From positions 2,544,231-2,608,230 of the forward strand of contig CAVNZM010000009.1 of the NCBI GenBank assembly GCA_963693365.1: a stretch of DNA of 64,000 nt, in the 5' to 3' direction. The notes under the pieces were generated by a model that did no database searches, was not told the DNA's origin, and saw only the letters and a list, made by a program, of their open reading frames with translations. Each line of letters opens with the position of its first letter. Positions within the stretch are counted from its first letter, which is position 1. A program made the position numbers and the translations under genes. The stretch comes from Amoebidium appalachense (lineage: Eukaryota; Protista; Ichthyosporea). Shown here in pieces: positions 1-18,810 of the stretch.

Positions 1-955
1 TAGTTTTACCGCTGCGCAGACACCTCCTATCGACGGGAGACGCAAGTTTATCCAAAAACTTTGTCTGTTTGGTGACGGGCGCCACCTTTTCATTGGGCCA
101 TTCCACGTCATCATTTTCCATGAATTCGAGGCCGCGAACCACACGCTTGTATTTGCCGCTGTCGATGTGCTCCTTAACGCCTGACACGGTTGTTTGGCCA
201 CCAAACTCCATGCGAAGAGTCGATGGAACCTCACTGTGAAAGTAAAAGGAAACAAATTTAAAAGTTAGTCTTCCCGCTTTAAGTACCTAATGCTGTTATG
301 CATCCCTTGCAGGTTTGTTTGAGGTCGTGTAAGTTGTGCGTGTAAGGCGTATGTGTTCGTATGGATGTCTGTCTGTGTGTATGTGCCTGCGGTTCTGTGC
401 GCATATTATCAAAAGGAAGATGGTGATAGGGGCGTAATACTATGCACGGATGCTGCATCTCTTTCTTTTTCTTTTTCCCCCACAACCCAGTCTGCTGCCG
501 AGACATCTTACATGGCCGATAAATACCCTACATTACATACAACAGATATGGCACTATTAATCGCGTGCTCTTATGTTTTCTTAAGACGGGATACATATCA
601 CACGTTGTTCGTGCATACACTAACAACCTCATGACTTTCTCTACTTCGACGAAAGTACTGCGTGAACAATCAACTTGAAGTTTGTACTGTGTAACACAAA
701 CACAGTGCCGAATCCCTACCTGCAGTCATCGTTCACATATCCAGCCCACAGTTTCTCCACATGCTTAGCCACCTGTCTTGCAGCCGAATAGCTCTTAGCA
801 TCCATCTCACCCTTGGGCCATGGTGTGTCACTTGGCAGTGAAGCCACCAACTGCTTGTATGCTTTGCGGCACCCATCCCTCCCCGCGGCCTCTGCGCCAG
901 GCCCGGACAGAGATAGCATGACCAGCCCACAGGCCAGGATAAGTTTCGTTGTCAT
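1..955 (-). CDS. Putative secreted protein of unknown family, 3'-partial (exons 955-720 and 233-<1)
   Basis: ATG at 955 starts a signal-peptide-like MTTKLILACGLVMLSLSGPGAEA. Donor AG|GTAGGG at 720 and acceptor CACAG at 234 join in frame (…DDCSEVPSTLRMEFGG…), and the frame stays open to the window edge. Confidence 0.65.
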
Positions 956-1403
956 GGTGTGTAGGCACGATAGCTCTAACGGCTTATCAAACGTTTCTGG
1001 TCGAGGAAGGGGGTATTTGTACCGAGTAGGGGTGGTTGATGAGACGCTAGCGTGCCGGGCTCCGAAGGAAGGGGATTGGGTGGATATACTGGATAAAAAG
1101 TGACAACGCTGCACTCGAGTCGTGACCGACTCGTGACAAAGATTTAGTAATGGCGAAACAGATACACAGAAAACCTAGAGAATTTCATCACGCTTATCAC
1201 GCTGTTTTATAGGTCATACAGGAAAAGAAACACTACCATGTCTCTTGGATACTTACAAAAAGAGATAGATACAAACTGCAGTAACAAGAACAACGGGATG
1301 CATGCGCAGCATAACACCGCACGTGAAACGTTCTGTAACGTAGCACGATCACAGTAGCCAAGGCTCACGACACCACCTGTTTATTTGCAGCTCTCTCTGG
1401 CGC

Positions 1404-1438
<35 letters not shown>

Positions 1439-2340
1439 CCCCCCCCCCCCCTCCTACCCGGGCCCCCGGTGCCCCCTTCTGCCTAATACACAATGCCACT
1501 AGTAAGTCATGCTCTATCATGATTTCCCTCAAGTTGTGACTCGCTTTCCAGCGCTGCGTACAAATAAGTGCTATGATACGTATTAGTTAGGTCTTGTTGT
1601 AGACGATTACAAATCTAAGTACTTTGAGGAGCTCATGACGTTGACGTCGCCTCTGCATGCGCAGCTGCGGCAGAGCACGCACACTGCATGCATGCGCAGA
1701 TCTAGAGCTTGCAAGTATTGTAGTATTGCTTTCTAACTAACCTGCCAAAGTCCTCACCTCATTTTGCACAATAATATGTGCATATTTTATTATTGAGTTT
1801 TTAATGGTTTAGTGCTGCAGTGTAGAAAGAGAAGACTCGGTTTGCGACCGGTACGGGAGCCAACAAAGCCCGCGCACCATGCGAAACCGTGAGATCGACT
1901 TCCAGAATCCAAATAGATTTATTCCGACTATTTAGACCAATAGCATAGGGTTAGATTAAAATAGATTTTAGGTCTACCAATCAACTTGCACCTAGTGAAG
2001 TGAACGCCAATCAGATGCGGCACCGAGTGACCGAGAGTGAGACTCAGATACAGACTCCAAGGCAGAACACGCAGAACACGCAAAAACTCTCCCTCGCTCT
2101 ATACGGGAACAAATGTAAAACTACAGTTAAAGTTTTTTGTATGTTCAATACGTTGATTGTTTTACCACTTTTTTTAGCCATATATATTGCGAGCGCCATC
2201 ATGATCATGATACGTTGGACTTGGAATTCGCTCTTAGTATGATGATGATCCATGCCACGTCACATTCTTGTCATTCCGTGAGTGCCTCACACTGGCCACC
2301 GTCACGGACCAACTGAAAGAGAGGAGAGTTGGGAGGGGAA

Positions 2341-2935
<595 letters not shown>

Positions 2936-2948
2936 CAGGGGCTGGGGG

Positions 2949-3385
2949 GCGGGTTGGTGCAATGGTAAGATCTCTGCGTGTCAAGCTCAAAGTCGCAGGA
3001 TCGATCCTGGTTACTTCCGATTTGTGTTCTGCCTCCGGTCTGGCCGCCCCCTAGAAGCCATCACCCCAGACCACGTCAAGCAGCACCACCAATTTGTTAT
3101 CATCCGGCCGCAAGACATGACGTCATGAACAGCACCGGCCCTCTGACGTCGACGGCGCGCCGCTTAAGCTTGGGCATCCCGGCCCAACGTTCAAGTGGGA
3201 GACCAATCCGAGTCACCGGCCACGGTTCGGGTCAGCGTCCTGGGCATGGGGTCTTCCCCTTTCAAGTCTTTATGTTTGTGTATGTGTCCCGGGTCGCTCC
3301 CGGCTGGTGTTGTTAAAGTAAGCTGTGCTCACTTCCCCACTAGCGTTGCTGCGGCTAGAACCGCGGGATAAGGCGTAACTAAAAA
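2949..3385 (+). mobile_element. tRNA-derived SINE-like element
   Basis: The head has an A-box-like TGGTGCAATGG and a B-box-like GGATCGATCC at tRNA spacing, without a perfect cloverleaf. A ~350 bp GC-rich body and a short A tract follow. The 3' boundary is approximate. Confidence 0.5.
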
Positions 3386-3437
3386 TAGTGCCAGTTGGGG
3401 TCAATTAGAATCCTGACTTATGAGTGTGCTATACAGT

Positions 3438-4250
3438 ACGATCTGTGTCTAGGCGGAAGACGGTAAGCTCCCCTGAGGTCAGTGCCTCGCCGGGAGTGAA
3501 CGGGATAAAATAAAATAAAAAATAAAAAATAAAAAAAATAAGAGAGAGGACAGGGGGAAGAGGGAGAGAGAGCGTGTTTATGTGCCTGTGTGAGTGAAGG
3601 GCCCAACCACATCGGCCGAGTCAACTTGCTCGAAGAAGAATTATTCTGCAAAAGGCAGAATTATTCTGCAAAAGGCAGAATTATTCTGCAAAAGGCAGAA
3701 ATATTTTGCAAAAAGTAGAATTATTCTGCTAAAAGCAGAATTATTCTGCAAAAGCAGAATTATCCTGCAAAAGCAGAATCAATCTGCTAAAAGCAGAATT
3801 AATCTGCTGACAGCTGAAGGCAGGATCATTTCGCTATAAGCAGAATTATTCCGCTAAAAGCAGAATTATTCCGCTAAAAGCAGAATTTATTCTGCTAAAA
3901 GCAGAGTTATTCTGCTGTCGAAAGCACAATAATTCTGCTCTTTGCGGAATAATTCTGCTAAAAGCAGAATGATTCTGCTAAAAGCAGAGTGATTCTGTTA
4001 AAAGCAGAGTGATTCTGTTAGAAGCAGAGTGCTTCTGCATTTGCGTAATAATTCTGCTAAAAGCAGAGTGATTCTGTTTTTGTAGAATATTCCTGCTTTT
4101 TGCAGAATAATTCTGCTTTTTGCAAAATAATTCTGCCTTTTGCAGACAATTTTTCTTCGAGCAAGTTGACTCGGCCGATGTGGTTGGGCCCTTCACTCAC
4201 ACAGGCACATAAACACGCTCTCTCTCCTTCTTCCCCCTGTCCTCTCTCTT

Positions 4251-4298
<48 letters not shown>

Positions 4299-4365
4299 CC
4301 CGTTCACTCTCGGCGAGGCACTGACCTCAGGGGAGCTTACCGTCTTCCGCCTGGACACAGATCGT
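3438..4365. mobile_element. Foldback-type element with long inverted arms and an internal ~20-bp palindromic satellite
   Basis: 3438-~3700 is the near-perfect reverse complement of ~4100-4365 (ACGATCTGTGTC…/…GACACAGATCGT). The interior is tandem GCAGAATTATTCTGCAAAAG-like units. A third partial arm lies at 4366-4460. Confidence 0.85.
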
Positions 4366-4511
4366 TTTTGCAGAATAATTCTGCTTTTTGCAAAATAATT
4401 CCGTTTTGCAGGTTAATTCTGCTTTTTGCAAGTTGACTCTGCCGATGTGGTTGGGCTCTGAGTGCCAAGAGGAGAAGGATAGAGGAGGGAAGGAGGGGGA
4501 GAGGAGGGTGA

Positions 4512-4542
<31 letters not shown>

Positions 4543-4573
4543 AGGGCGGGGAGGGAGAGATAGAAAGAAAGAA

Positions 4574-4609
<36 letters not shown>

Positions 4610-4653
4610 TATATATATATATATATATGGAAGAGGGTCTTAGTGAGAGAAGG

Positions 4654-4708
<55 letters not shown>

Positions 4709-4846
4709 TATATATATATATATATATATGGAGATGGGTAGGCCGGCCGGGGGGCAGCGGGATGGAGGGAGAGAGCTGAGACACACACATGTACACACAC
4801 ACACACGCGCGGAGAGAGGGAGGGAGGGGGGGGGGGGGGGGGGGGG

Positions 4847-4947
<101 letters not shown>

Positions 4948-5424
4948 TGTGTGTGTGTGCGTGCATGCGTGCGTGTATGTTTGTGTACGATGTGAGCTTG
5001 TGCTTGTGTGTGCGTGTGTAGCTGGTGTCGGTACGGTGATCACTGCCTTCATGCATGTGTGTAATTTTTTTTTTGGGGGGGGGGATTCGAATCCCGTCCA
5101 TACTCATGTCTATGAACTCATAGAGAACACATCACGCTCGAGGGTCGCTTCACTCAAGATCAATCATCTTTTTTCCTCGGAAATGCAGTCAACAACAGAA
5201 TCCCGCCGGCCAGGACAGGCAACCGCTTCGTGAGATTTCAGAAACAAAAAGGTAGCACCCCAGCAGTTTAACTTTAAAATCAGTATTGCTTCAAGATTCA
5301 GACAGAGGCATAGTTCACTTGCACGCACCACATTTGCTCTCCTTAACTGCGCAAAGAACATATTGCCAACACACCCTCCCATGCTGCTGCATAGTGCATG
5401 GGCTATGTGGTGGCTTATGACTTA

Positions 5425-5466
5425 TTCAGCCGCTACCCACACATGTTTTCGGGTAACTGGCTTCAT
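5425..5466 (-). promoter_or_regulatory. Candidate SECIS element in the SPS2 3'UTR
   Basis: The minus strand reads ATGA-A-GCCAGTTACCC-G-AAAA-CATGTGT-GGGTAGCGGC-TGAA: AUGA/GA core, a 10-bp helix with one bulge and apical As, ~410 nt downstream of the stop. The lower helix is weak by eye. Confidence 0.75.
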
Positions 5467-5878
5467 ACGTGCGGGAGAATGAAGAGAAAAACAGGGAGCA
5501 ATGCAAATCTAGCCTTACCAAAATGGAACACAGATAAAATGGATGAAAATGCATAAAAAGTCAAACAGATAAAAAGAAACATTAAAGGAGAAATGATATG
5601 AATGATGTTTATAAATAGCATACTCCCCCCCCCCCCCCCCCCCCCCCCCCAAACACACACACACCACCCCCCACCCCCCACCCAGCCAAAAAGAAAGAGA
5701 GATATCAACAGGAAAGAAAGAAAGAAAGGAAGAAATAAAACCACCACCACCACCATCAACACGCGGGGACACCACACACACGTCCCTTGATACTTAAAAT
5801 TTAAACAGCAACAAAATTCCACATATAAATAGACAAAACACAAAACTTCCTCTTTTCAAGCACATTCACATTCCTAAT

Positions 5879-6768
5879 TTAGACATTCACTACCTGCACA
5901 TCATCCACAATTCTCGCCAATCCAGATCCCTCCACCACTCGCCCAATAACAAACACCCGCCAGCCTTCTTTCTCATACACATCCCTACAGAATTCCTCAG
6001 CTTTATCCCCCGGCATACACACCAACAACCCCCCGCTCGTTTCCGCACTTAACCCCTTCCTGAGTTTAAACCTCTCGCCACCCTGTACTGCACGGTCCAC
6101 CTCCATCATTCCGCTCACCACAGGAAGAACCGAAATTTCGAAATCTACGGGTAATTTCTGATTTTTCGCGAGGTTCTGCGCGTGTCCGAGAATCCCAAAT
6201 CCGGTGACGTCCGTCGCCGCGTGAGCGCCATATTTAGAAAAAAGGGACGCCGCGTATCTGTTAAGGCGGTGCATGCACGCCGCGGCGACATTATAGGCGC
6301 GGATCGCATCCGATTTGGTGATCACATCGGCCACGACTTTCCATTTTTCCGGGTCGTCCAGCCATTGGTGTAGATTTACCACCACCTGGTCCAGGAATAA
6401 TTAGTCACTGATTGCGCAAACAGACAAAGGGGAGGGGGGAAGGGGGGGGGGGGGGGGGGTGATGTATGCGTTAGGGAGTGGGAATGTGGAGGAGCCTCGG
6501 AGACCATAAAAGACAAAACACAAAACTTCACAAAAATTAATAAAGCCCCAAGTCAAAACATAATAAAACAAGAAGCAAGAAAACCTGTATGTAGGCAGAA
6601 GACACTTGAACAAAGCCCATCATCAGCCTGGGCCAGCGGCGGCAGGGGGGGGGGGGGGGGGGGAGGGGGGGAGGAGGGAGGTAATTTGGGGACATACATG
6701 CATGGCTCGTGCAGCAGATATCAGCATATGAGCACAAAAGAGAGATACAACCCCCTTCTCCCTTGCCC

Positions 6769-6826
<58 letters not shown>

Positions 6827-7535
6827 AGGGGAAAGGCGGGGGGAAGAAAAACACCACAAACTAGGCTGCACCATGTCAATGTGTGACCCCCCCCCCCCCC
6901 CCCCCCCCCCCCACACCTCCCTACACATCCCCCCCCCCCCCCCCCCCCTTCCCTTTTCTCGCCCATTCACTTGCTCATCTTATATCTCTTTCTCTCTCCC
7001 TCACAAACATTTGCCCACGCACAGACACCAACACCGACACAACCACAAACACGGACACACATAAATAAGCACACATCCACACGTTCACGCATGCACGCAC
7101 AGACAAAGGCACACACACACACAACCAAACCCCACAACCAAGTGATACTGTTGTAATCGCCCGCCAAAAAAAGCACTTCCATACCCACAAGCAAAATTTT
7201 GAAAAGAAAGCCTCTTGCGTGCGTCATTGTTTACATGTCTTTTACCCGTGTGTGTGGCACGCAAGAGCACGCACGCACAGGGTTGGACGGATGGGTGTGG
7301 TTGCGATTTTAGCGGTACTCGAACAAGGAAAAGCTGAGCAGATATAGAAAACATACAAAATCCGCAACGAAAGAAAAAACATGAAACAAAAGTGAGATAG
7401 GAAGAACGTGACTGATTCACAATCAAAATGAAAAAGAGAACCCGGAAAAGACCTCCCCCCTCCCCTCCTCACCCCTCCCAACACCCACTCACACACTCCC
7501 TCCCCCCTCCTCCCCCCTCCTCCCCACCCCCTTCC

Positions 7536-7566
<31 letters not shown>

Positions 7567-8175
7567 AACACACACATCCACACGCGCACACACAAAAACA
7601 CACACACACACAAACACCACACACACGTACCTGCATGCCCAGGGGTTTTGTCAGCACCAACACATCACCCGGCACTGCCCCCTCCGGCACCAAGACGGAT
7701 TTTTGCTCCACCACCGCCTGAGCCACCCCCCCGAGAATGGGCCACGGGTTGAGCACACTCTGACCCCCCGTCACCTGCAAAAGTAAAAAAAAAAGTAAAC
7801 AGGCTGGAATTTACCGTAAATCGCCTGTCAAGATTGGGCCGTGCTAGGAAAATACCCTTACGGACCGCCGACCATTAATATACTGTTAATTGCTATAAAG
7901 AAACCCGATCGTGAGCATATTCCCTACTGTAGTTGCAGAGCCCCTCCCCCCCACCACACACACACCAAAAAAAAAAAAGGGGGGGGGGGGGAGGGGAGGG
8001 GGGGAAAGAAACGAAAAACACAAGTTTAGGCAACGGGTCGGGTCAGAGCGCATTTCACCTCCCCTGTGCAGTACAGAGGAAACCTTCCACGCCAATTACT
8101 GTTGCCCATCCAATCATATAAGACATAAACATATAAGCCTCAAGGCAACATTAATTGGCTTGAAATGGGAGGGGG

Positions 8176-8208
<33 letters not shown>

Positions 8209-8497
8209 TGTATGCGTTAGAGGGTTGGAAATATGGAGGAGACAACAAAGAGCAACAACCAAACGTCACAAAAGTGGGAAATCCAAAATCAACTAATTTA
8301 AGCGTGCAGGCAGAAGACACTTGAACAGAGCCCATCATCAGGGGGGTTCTTATGCCTCCACAAAAGCATGGTTTTCGACTTTTTTAACCTCTCGCCCGTG
8401 GTCCCAACCTATACTTTGGATGGATCTGAACCGTTGAACTTATCAAACATACGACCATTATGCAGGATCCGGATTGGCAAAAGGAGGGCAAGAATAC

Positions 8498-8529
<32 letters not shown>

Positions 8530-9177
8530 AAACAAAGACAAGAAAGAGAGCGGGTAGGGGTAAGAGCAGGGAGGGAGAGGTGGTATGATGGAGATGGGAA
8601 GCAGAAGTAACAAAAGCAGAGAGAAAAAGTACGAAACAGTGTTTACCAAGAGGGGTTTATGGTCCTGAGGCCAGGGATTATGCACGTGTGGGAACATGAG
8701 GCGGAGAAATTGGGGAGAATGAGGGGCCAGTCGGGGGTTGGCGGGGGGGAGGGGGGGGGGGTTTAGGGAAATAGAACGGAAAAAATGGAAAGCCACCACT
8801 CGAAGTCTTAAGAGTTGATGGGAAGAGGAAGACATGACCGGGTACCAAAATCACTAAAAGACGTTGAAGTAGGTTTTATAGGAGCGTGTGTCCTTTTATG
8901 TGTAAATGGGCAACAACAACCTGAAGCCCACCTTTGTCCCAGCTTCCTCCGCCAGATCGTTGAATCCACGTATCATCTCCTTGGTCACAATCTCCCTCAT
9001 CTCTACCGGCATGTCCGTGCTGGCCGCCAAGACCATCAACATGTTGTCAATTTCTGTAATACCAACAGCATACATGTCTGACAGCACGTTAGCACAGCTC
9101 ACCCGGCCCTGTGTGTAGGGTTCTTCCACCAATGGATAGAAGAAATCTGTCGTCGTTACCATACTGACCCCCGGTAC

Positions 9178-9226
<49 letters not shown>

Positions 9227-9345
9227 AGAGGGGGCGGGGGAGGTAGGGGTGTGTGTGCGTGTGTGGGGGGGGCGGGGAAGGGGTGAGAGAGAGAGAGAGT
9301 GTGTGTGCGTGTGTATGTGCTTGTGTGTGCTTGCGTGTGCATGTG

Positions 9346-9435
<90 letters not shown>

Positions 9436-10089
9436 GGGCATGAAGGGTTAGGGGATAGAACGCCCGAGAGGAAGGGTTAGGGTTTATGAGGGCGACAGCC
9501 AATAGATCGAGAGGTGACGAGGGTACAATTGAGTAAGGGGAAGGAGGCACGGGGGGGGGGGGGGGAGGGGGAGGAGGAGAAGGGGTGAGAAAAGTAAAGG
9601 AGGGCGAGGGGGATGGCGGGAGGGAGCGAGGAAGGGAGGGAGGGAGCAAGGGAGGGGACGGGGGCAGGGAGGAACACAGCAAAAGGAATCTAAGGCACGC
9701 ACAAGAGGCACAAGTTCGCAAAGAACACCAGAAATAACACTGTGAAAGGACACATAGATGCGAATGAAACACAGGAGGCAAGAGGAGGCAGGAGGAAGGG
9801 ACATGGTATCACACACACAACACAACCCCACACAATACCTCGTCGGAAGGATGCTGCAGTCCATGGCGATGCTCCCACCGCCGATGTTCTGCAACAGGCG
9901 CTGCAGCTGCGCCTGGGGGATCTTGCAGCCTCATCCCTTGAGTTTGGTGTACTTAGTCAAGCGGAAATCTTCTGGTAGACCTAGATCCGTAGGGTTGAAA
10001 CTGTGGAGATCTGGAACATTGGACGGAACGGAATTCTCGATGAAAGAGGACCCCGCCCCGTCAGGGCGACGAACGTGGTATTCTTTCAT
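5879..10089 (-). CDS. SEPHS2: Selenophosphate synthetase 2 (selenoprotein; Sec at codon 53). Exons 10089-9839, 9178-8932, 7774-7631, 6385-5879
   Basis: The spliced translation contains [18 protein letters not shown] (TGA at 9933-9931), [55 protein letters not shown] and AETSGGLL. All junctions are GT-AG and in phase. Confidence 0.96.
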
Positions 10090-10739
10090 TACAGAATTGT
10101 GTGTGTGGGTGTCTGTATGTGTGTTCGTGTGTGCGTGTGTGTGTGTGTGTGCTTGTGCGTGTGCGTTAGGTGTGTGTGTTTGTCAACTAAACACCAGCGG
10201 CGAGAACTGTGACGGAAAGCTTCTGTCTTTGTTTTTTCTCTAGCTGCTGCTGGTTCAAGAGAAATAGTCTACAGTGTGGAAACTGCAAGAAATCGCCGCT
10301 TAGCACATACTCTTACATATGTATGACGCCACTCGGTCTATTTAGTCTGCTCAAATGAGAAAGCGCGCCAAAAAACTTTGTGACAACTGGCCAAGGCCTC
10401 CTAAATAGCACACCTTTAGGAGGCCTTGCAACTGGCCCAAGGTCCCAAGGGCGTATGCATGTTTTGAAAGTTTTGCAGCCATGTTCCTGCCATGTACCAA
10501 TTTTTTATTATAGGCGGGTAGTTAATTGTGGTAAAAACTCTGAAAGGTACAAACTCACCTTTCCGGCTTTTTGTACTTTTCTCACACCCATGCACACCGA
10601 CGGATATACACTTTTTTCCCGCCATTACACTCTCCCTTTGCCCCCTTTCCTCGTACTCTTTTGCTCAGGTCACAAACCATGAAACAGCCAGCTTACCCAA
10701 CCCTTTCACCTTCAATTACACTTAGTTTCTGACCTAAAA
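10090..10739. promoter_or_regulatory. Head-to-head (bidirectional) promoter region with an E2F-like site
   Basis: Divergent ATGs at 10089 and 10740. CGCGCCAAAA (TTTTGGCGCG) at 10364-10373 is conserved in the duplicate at 18073-18082. Confidence 0.5.
10392..10428. mobile_element. 37-bp hAT-like micro-MITE
   Basis: 14-bp TIR CAAGGCCTCCTAAA/TTTAGGAGGCCTTG, flanked by a perfect 8-bp TSD CAACTGGC. It is absent from the paralogous promoter at ~18085-18100. Confidence 0.85.
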
Positions 10740-16256
<5,517 letters not shown>

Positions 16257-16475
16257 ACTAAAAAGTAGTTAATGTACAGGTGGGTGGGTGGATTGGTAGT
16301 ATGGTGTTATCAATGTCGAGCAAACACATCTGGTGTTGTACTAGCTTCAATTGCTTGGATAGGCATCATTTTGAATGTATGCATAGTTGATTATTCGATA
16401 GTAAAACGTATAAATACTTAATAATTGCATTGTGGCAAAGATAACAGCCCCCCCCCCCCCCCCCCCCCCCCCCCG

Positions 16476-16518
<43 letters not shown>

Positions 16519-16649
16519 GACCGAATGCATGGCTTGCAGCTGCGGATCATACTGTATGTGCATGCATGAAGGTCCCAACCACCTGAGCGGAAAGACATTG
16601 CTGTGATCGCGAGCAGAGTACATAATTTTGCTGTTAGCATGATATTTAT

Positions 16650-17200
16650 TCAGTCAGCAGAGCAGGATATTACAAAGATATGTTCTGCTCAAGGCGGGAT
16701 CAGGCTAGGCAAAAAGAAGAATCATTCTAAATTGAATGTGCAGGATTATTTATACAGCCCAGGACTATTCTGCTGACAATAGCAAAAGGATTCTGCAATA
16801 GCAGAAATATTCTGCAAAAAGATCTCAAATGTTCAGCAAACTTCAAGACGGAATTCTCATAGATCTTCTTAGATCTTCTTTCTCAAGGCCTCCTAAATCA
16901 ATCATACTGGCAAGCGCTATTTAAGAGGCCTTGTGCTTTCTGTTGAAATCAGATTCAGGCTGCCACTGCAAAAGCTGTACTTTTTTGCCTGGAATGTGCA
17001 GAATACTCTGCTGTAAGATGACTTACTCTACCGACAACAGCAGAATCATTGTACCTTCACCAGAGTTATTGCAGAAGCAGATTGTTCTACACAAAGCAGG
17101 ATAGCAATTCTGGTTTTAGCCAGTATTCTGCAAAACTGGTTTTTTTTTGACAAAAGCAGGATCACCTGCAGAAATTTGCGAATTAGTTTTCCCGAGCACT
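16650..17200. repeat. Degenerate remnant of the GCAGAATTATTCTGC foldback satellite
   Basis: Scattered GCAGAA…TTCTGC units resembling 3640-4140. Confidence 0.55.
16884..16933. mobile_element. 50-bp hAT-like micro-MITE (same family as 10392)
   Basis: CAAGGCCTCCTAAAT…ATTTAAGAGGCCTTG with flanks TTCTTTCT/TGCTTTCT (8 bp, 1 mismatch). Confidence 0.75.
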
Positions 17201-17562
17201 GAATATGAATACGATTCGACGAGACGACGGGGGTGCAAGGGAAAAAGAGGGAAAGGGAAAGTGTGTGTGTGGGGGGGGGGGGAGGAGGGGGAGGGGGGGG
17301 AGGAGGAGGGATAGGGAGTGAAGCCTTAGCAAAGGAGGGTGAGAGTGAGGGAGGGGACAAGGGAGGGAGAGAGGGAGGGAGCGGGGAAGGGAGCGAGGGA
17401 AGATCACAGCACGGGGGAACCCAGGCATGCATAGTGGGCACAACTTCACACAAAAAAAAGAAACTCGACTGTAAACCGACACAGACATGCAAGAGAATCT
17501 CACAAGAGGCAAGAAAGAGGGACAAGGGATCATCCACAACACACTGTGACCCCACACAAGAC

Positions 17563-17818
17563 CTCGTCGAAAGAATGCTGCAGTCCTTTGCGATGCTCCC
17601 ATCACCAATGTTCTGCAACAGGCGCTGCAGCTGCGCCTGGGGGATCTTGCAGCCTCATCCCTTGAGCTTGGTGTACTTGGTCAAGCGGAAATCTTCTGGT
17701 AGACCTAAATCGGTAGGGTCAAAACTAGTGGAGATCTGGAACTGGGAATTGGATGGAACGGGATCCTCGATGAAAGAGGACCCCGCCCCGTCAGAGCGAG
17801 AAACTTAATTTTTTTCAT
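17563..17818 (-). pseudogene. Orphan duplicate of SPS2 exon 1
   Basis: It retains [19 protein letters not shown] (TGA at 17657-17655) and the GT donor. Indels after the ATG put that region out of frame (stop at 17705), and no downstream SPS exons follow. Confidence 0.88.
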
Positions 17819-18366
17819 TACAGAAACGTGTGCGTGTGTGTGCGTGCGTACGTGCGTGTGTGTCTGTGTGCGTAGGTGTGTGTCTATCAAACTAACAAGG
17901 AGCCTTGTTGTCTGTCTAAAAACATGTACCCAAGGAAAAGGCTTTTGCCCAAGCTGGCAGAGAAATAGCCTTTAGCGTGCAGACTACATAAGCCTTTAAA
18001 AACACGACTGTTTAGACAAACATGACGTAATTAGGCCTGTGTAGTCTTACTCACCTCAATAGACTTCGAAAGCGCGCCAAAAACGGTGAACGGCCAGTGT
18101 TCAAGTGGGTGTGCTTGAAAGTTTTGCAGCGTGTGGCTGCTAAGTATGTGCCTTTTTTTAATTAGTAAGCGGGTAATTTTGTGTGGCCAAGACTCTGGGC
18201 GGTGCAACCTTATTTTAGTATGGCCTAAACTCTGTGAGGTACAACCTTACCTTTCCAGTCTTTAAACTTCCCTCAGACCCATGCACATAGATGGAGGACC
18301 AGGAGAGACATTTTTCCGCCATTACACTCCGAGACTCCCGTAGCCTTCTTTAGTTGCTGAGACACA

Positions 18367-18810
18367 ATGTCCGCCATCCATATAAACATCTCCGGGGGCT
18401 GCCTTCCACCCCCGCAGCTAGAGAAGGATGGGGTGGCCTATATGGGGATGCTGTGGTCTGTGTGGTCGGACAGACAGGTGAAGACGCTATTAAGAACCGT
18501 GGGGACGCACCTGGGCCTTCCTAATGTGAGTGCCCACCGGTACCCTCAAATACACCTGACTCATATCAAGATACAACGTTGCGTTAGAGTTATCTGTCAT
18601 ACCCGTATATAATGAGTGCAAAACCCAATACCAGACTGACCGTATTTTAACACATACATGGCAGATTCTGGCAAATTCCGGAGACACCCATGCACGTGAT
18701 GCAGTGAGTGACTTTGTGCACACACACATCCACGCACGTGCACGCATGGTCTCTGCAAACGGCCGCCTGACTAAATGGGAACTGCCGATCGAGGGCCTGA
18801 ACATGTCAAG
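18367..18810 (+). CDS. Paralog of the N-terminus of the 10740 gene (exon 18367-18525, candidate exon 18665-18810); 3' end unresolved
   Basis: MSAIHINISGGCLPPPQLEKDGVAYMGMLWSVWSDRQV… is nearly identical to 10740-10898 with the same GTGAGT donor. The next CAG-bounded segment is open and in phase (…RMVSANGRLTKWELPIEGLNMS). Confidence 0.5.

Noticed and set aside
2949-3020. Possible tRNA-Sec or functional tRNA near the SPS2 gene
   Set aside because: There is no long variable arm or proper UCA anticodon stem, and the acceptor and anticodon stems pair poorly. It fits a SINE head better.
3630-4140. CRISPR-like array of palindromic repeats
   Set aside because: The units are contiguous with no unique spacers, there are no cas genes, and the context is eukaryotic.
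8207-8366. Family B as box C/D snoRNA (TGATGA present)
   Set aside because: No downstream terminal CTGA D box or terminal stem is visible, so it is retained only as an unexplained repeat.
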